From: Centroscyllium fabricii
Taxonomy: Eukaryota
Direction: 5' to 3'
NCBI GenBank assembly: GCA_051313645.2
Contig: JBNRSN020000004.1
Span: forward strand, 20,956,001 to 21,020,000
Length of the DNA: 64,000 nucleotides
Shown: positions 61,300 to 64,000 of the stretch, one piece after another
Layout of the letters: every line of letters begins with the position of its first letter
Numbering within the stretch: position 1 is the first letter of the stretch
Notes under the pieces: generated by a model
Database searches by the model: none
Seen by the model: only the letters and a program-made list of their open reading frames with translations
Told to the model about the DNA's origin: nothing
Translations under genes and position numbers: made by a program

Positions 61300-62700
61300 A
61301 GACACACAAAATAGGAGCAGGATCAGGCTACACGGTCCCTGGGCCCGCTCCACTACCCACAGGGCTTGACCGATCTGAACCTAGACTCCTGTCCAAATTC
61401 CTGCCCGCTCCCCGTAACCCTTAATCCCTTTTACTACTAGGAAACTGTCTATTTCTGTTTTAAATTTATGTAATGAAGTAGCTTCTACAGCTTTTTGGGG
61501 CAGCATGTTCCATGGACCTACTACCCTCTGAGTGAAGTAGTTTCTCCTCATCTCAGTTTTGAAAGAGCAGCCCCTTATTCTAAGTTTATGCCCCCTAGTT
61601 CTAGTTTCACCCATCATTGGGAACGTCTTCCCCGCATCCAACCCCTTCACAATCTTATATGTTTCAATAAGATCTCCCCTCATTCTTCTGAACTCCAATG
61701 AGTAGAGTCCCAATCTACTCAACCTCTCCTCATATGTCCAACCCCTCATCCCTGGGATTAACCGAGTGAACCTTCTTTGTACTGACTCGAGAGCGAGTAT
61801 GTCCTTAAGTATGGACACCAAAACTGTATGCAGTATTCCAGGTGCGGTCTCACCAATACCTTGTACAACTGAAGCAATACCTCCCTATTTTTATATTCTA
61901 TGCCCCTAGCAATGAAAGCCAACATTCCATTGGCCTTCTTAATCACTTGCTGCACCTGCATACTAACCTTTTGAGTTTCGTGCACCAGGACCCCCAGATC
62001 CCTTTGTACTGCAGTACTTTCCAGTTTCTTGCCATTAAGATAATAACCCGCTCTACGATTTTTCCTGCCAAAGTGCATAACCTCACACTTTCCAGTATTG
62101 TATTCCATCTGCCAAATCTCTGCCCACTGACTTAGCCTGTCTATGTCCTCCTCATTCACCACTTTCCCTCCCATCTTAGTATCATCTGCAAACTTTGATA
62201 TGTTACACTCGGTGCCCTCCTCCAAATGGTTAATATTAAATTGTAAAGAGTTGGGGACCCAGCACTGACCCCTGCGGAACACCACTAGTTACCGATTGCC
62301 AGTCTGAGAATGACCCATTTATCCCAACTCTCTGCCTTCTGTTAGACAGCCAATCCTCTATCCATGCCAGAATATTACCCCCAATTCTGTGATTTTTTTA
62401 TTTTAAGTAATAATCTTTTGTGTGGCACCTTGTCAAATGCCTTTTGAAAGTCTAAATACACTACGTCCACTGGTTCCCTTTATCCACCCAATATGTTACT
62501 TCCTCAAAGAACTCCAACAAATTTGTCAAACAAGACTTCCCCTTCATAAAACCATGCTGACTTTGTCCTATTAAATTAAGTTTATCCAAATGTCCTGTTA
62601 CTGTCTCCTTAATAACGGACTCCAAAATTTTACCCATGACAGATGTTAGGCTAACGGTCTATAATTTCCAGCCTTCTGTCTACTGCCTTTTTGAAATACT
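61300..62700 (-). mobile_element. CR1 LINE 3' fragment
   Basis: ORFs 61381-61821 and 61758-62285. Confidence 0.9.
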
Positions 62701-62814
62701 TGGGGAGGTTCTCCGATAAGAATCAGCTCTGCTCACTGTAGCTACACTGTAATAATTTTGGAATATGGCTCGAGGGCCCAGGACCTTGTAACATGACTTC
62801 TATTTACATACGTG

Positions 62815-63054
62815 TAAATAGGAGCTAATTTACAGAACAAACGGAAAACTGTTCAATCTCAGTCGCCTCCAGTCCAGATCCAAGGTCGTCCCATCCTCTT
62901 GTCGAATTACAGGATGCAGATGACGCTTGCATCTGCGCTCACTCGGAGGTCGAACTCCAAACCATCATCAACACCTTCACCGACGCGTACGAGAGCATGG
63001 GCCTTACACTAAACATCTGTAAGACAAAGGTCCTCTACCAACCTGCCCCCGCCA
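62815..63054 (+). mobile_element. RTE LINE internal fragment (RT 'ADD' region)
   Basis: Translates 'YRTNGKLFNLSRLQS', 'DADDACICAHSE..GLTLNICKTKVLYQPAPA'. Confidence 0.75.
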
Positions 63055-63225
63055 TCTTGAGTGTACTCAACGACAGCCCTGTGGGGTGGAGAATTCCAAA
63101 GATTCACAACCCTTTGAGTGAAGAAATTTCATCTCATCTCAGTCCTAAATGGCCAACCCCTTAACCTGAGACTGTGACCCCTGGCTCTAGACTCCCCAGC
63201 CAGGGGAAACATCCTCTCCGCATAA

Positions 63226-63632
63226 AGTCCCGCTCCAGAGACTTGAGCACACAAATCCAGGCAGACACTCCAGTGCCGTGCTGAGGGAGCGCTGCACTAT
63301 CTGAGGTGCTGTCTTTCAGATGAGACGTTAAACCGAGGCCCCGTCTGCGTTCTCGGGTGGACGTAAAAGATCCCATGGCACTATTGCGAAGAGCAGGGGA
63401 GTTCTCCCTGGTGTCCTGGCCAATATTTACCCCTCAATCAACATCACTAAAAAACATATTATCTGGTCATTATCCCATTGCTGTTTGTGGGAGCTTGCTG
63501 TGCGCAATTGGCTGCCGCATTTCCTACATTGCAACAGTGACGATACTTCAATAAGTACTTCGTTGGCTGTAAAGCACTTTGAGAAACCCAGTGGTCGTGA
63601 AAGGCGCTATATAAATGCAAGGCTTTCTTTTC
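63226..63632 (+). mobile_element. SacSINE1-like Deu-SINE (head partly lost)
   Basis: Deu core GATGAGACGTTAAACCGAGGCCCCG..; L2-like tail GGCGCTATATAAATGCAAG. Confidence 0.82.
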
Positions 63633-63843
63633 TGTGTCAAGTCCTCTTAGGCAATTGAAACGTATAAAATTCTGATCATTCTTCTAAACTCCAGAGAATA
63701 TCGGCCCATTCTACTCCTCCATGGCTGATCTGTAGCCTTTAATCATCTCAAACACCTCACTTAGATCGCCCCTTAATCTTCTATACTCCGGGGCAGGGAA
63801 GCCTGGTCCATGCAACCTGTTCTCATAATTTAACCCTTTTATA

Positions 63844-64000
63844 GGTGGCACGGTGGCATAGTGGTTAGCACTGTTGCCTCACAGCTCTGGAGACCCGGGT
63901 TCAAATCCAGCTTCGGGTGACTATCTGTGTGGAGTTTGCACATTCTCCCCGTGTCTGCGTGGGTTTCCTCCGGGTGCTCCGGTTTCCTCCCACAGTCCAA
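63844..64000 (+). mobile_element. HE1-like V-SINE family A, cut by the window end
   Basis: tRNA head and V domain. Confidence 0.88.

Overview
Repeat-dominated vertebrate DNA, most consistent with a cartilaginous fish (shark). It contains CR1/HER1-type LINEs with (TTCTATGT)n tails, HE1-like V-SINEs, SacSINE1-like Deu-SINEs, Rex1/Babar, RTE and L2 LINE fragments, and Penelope-like termini with hammerhead motifs. It also holds two near full-length Ty3/Gypsy LTR retrotransposons (541-5230 and 42440-47297, both minus strand), several solo LTRs, MITEs, three copies of a 5S-derived SINE and a 46-bp minisatellite grown inside a hAT transposase remnant. No host protein-coding gene could be recognised; only weak candidate promoter/first-exon islands are seen. 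Main result: both Gypsy elements lack a tRNA primer-binding site. Instead, the 13-14 nt after the 5' LTR are complementary to each element's own poly(A)-signal segment, with compensatory changes between families. A co-varying U5-end hairpin and an alternative poly(A) hairpin accompany this, suggesting tRNA-independent self-priming coupled to poly(A)-signal occlusion. All identifications are by eye, without database searches, and many repeat boundaries are approximate.
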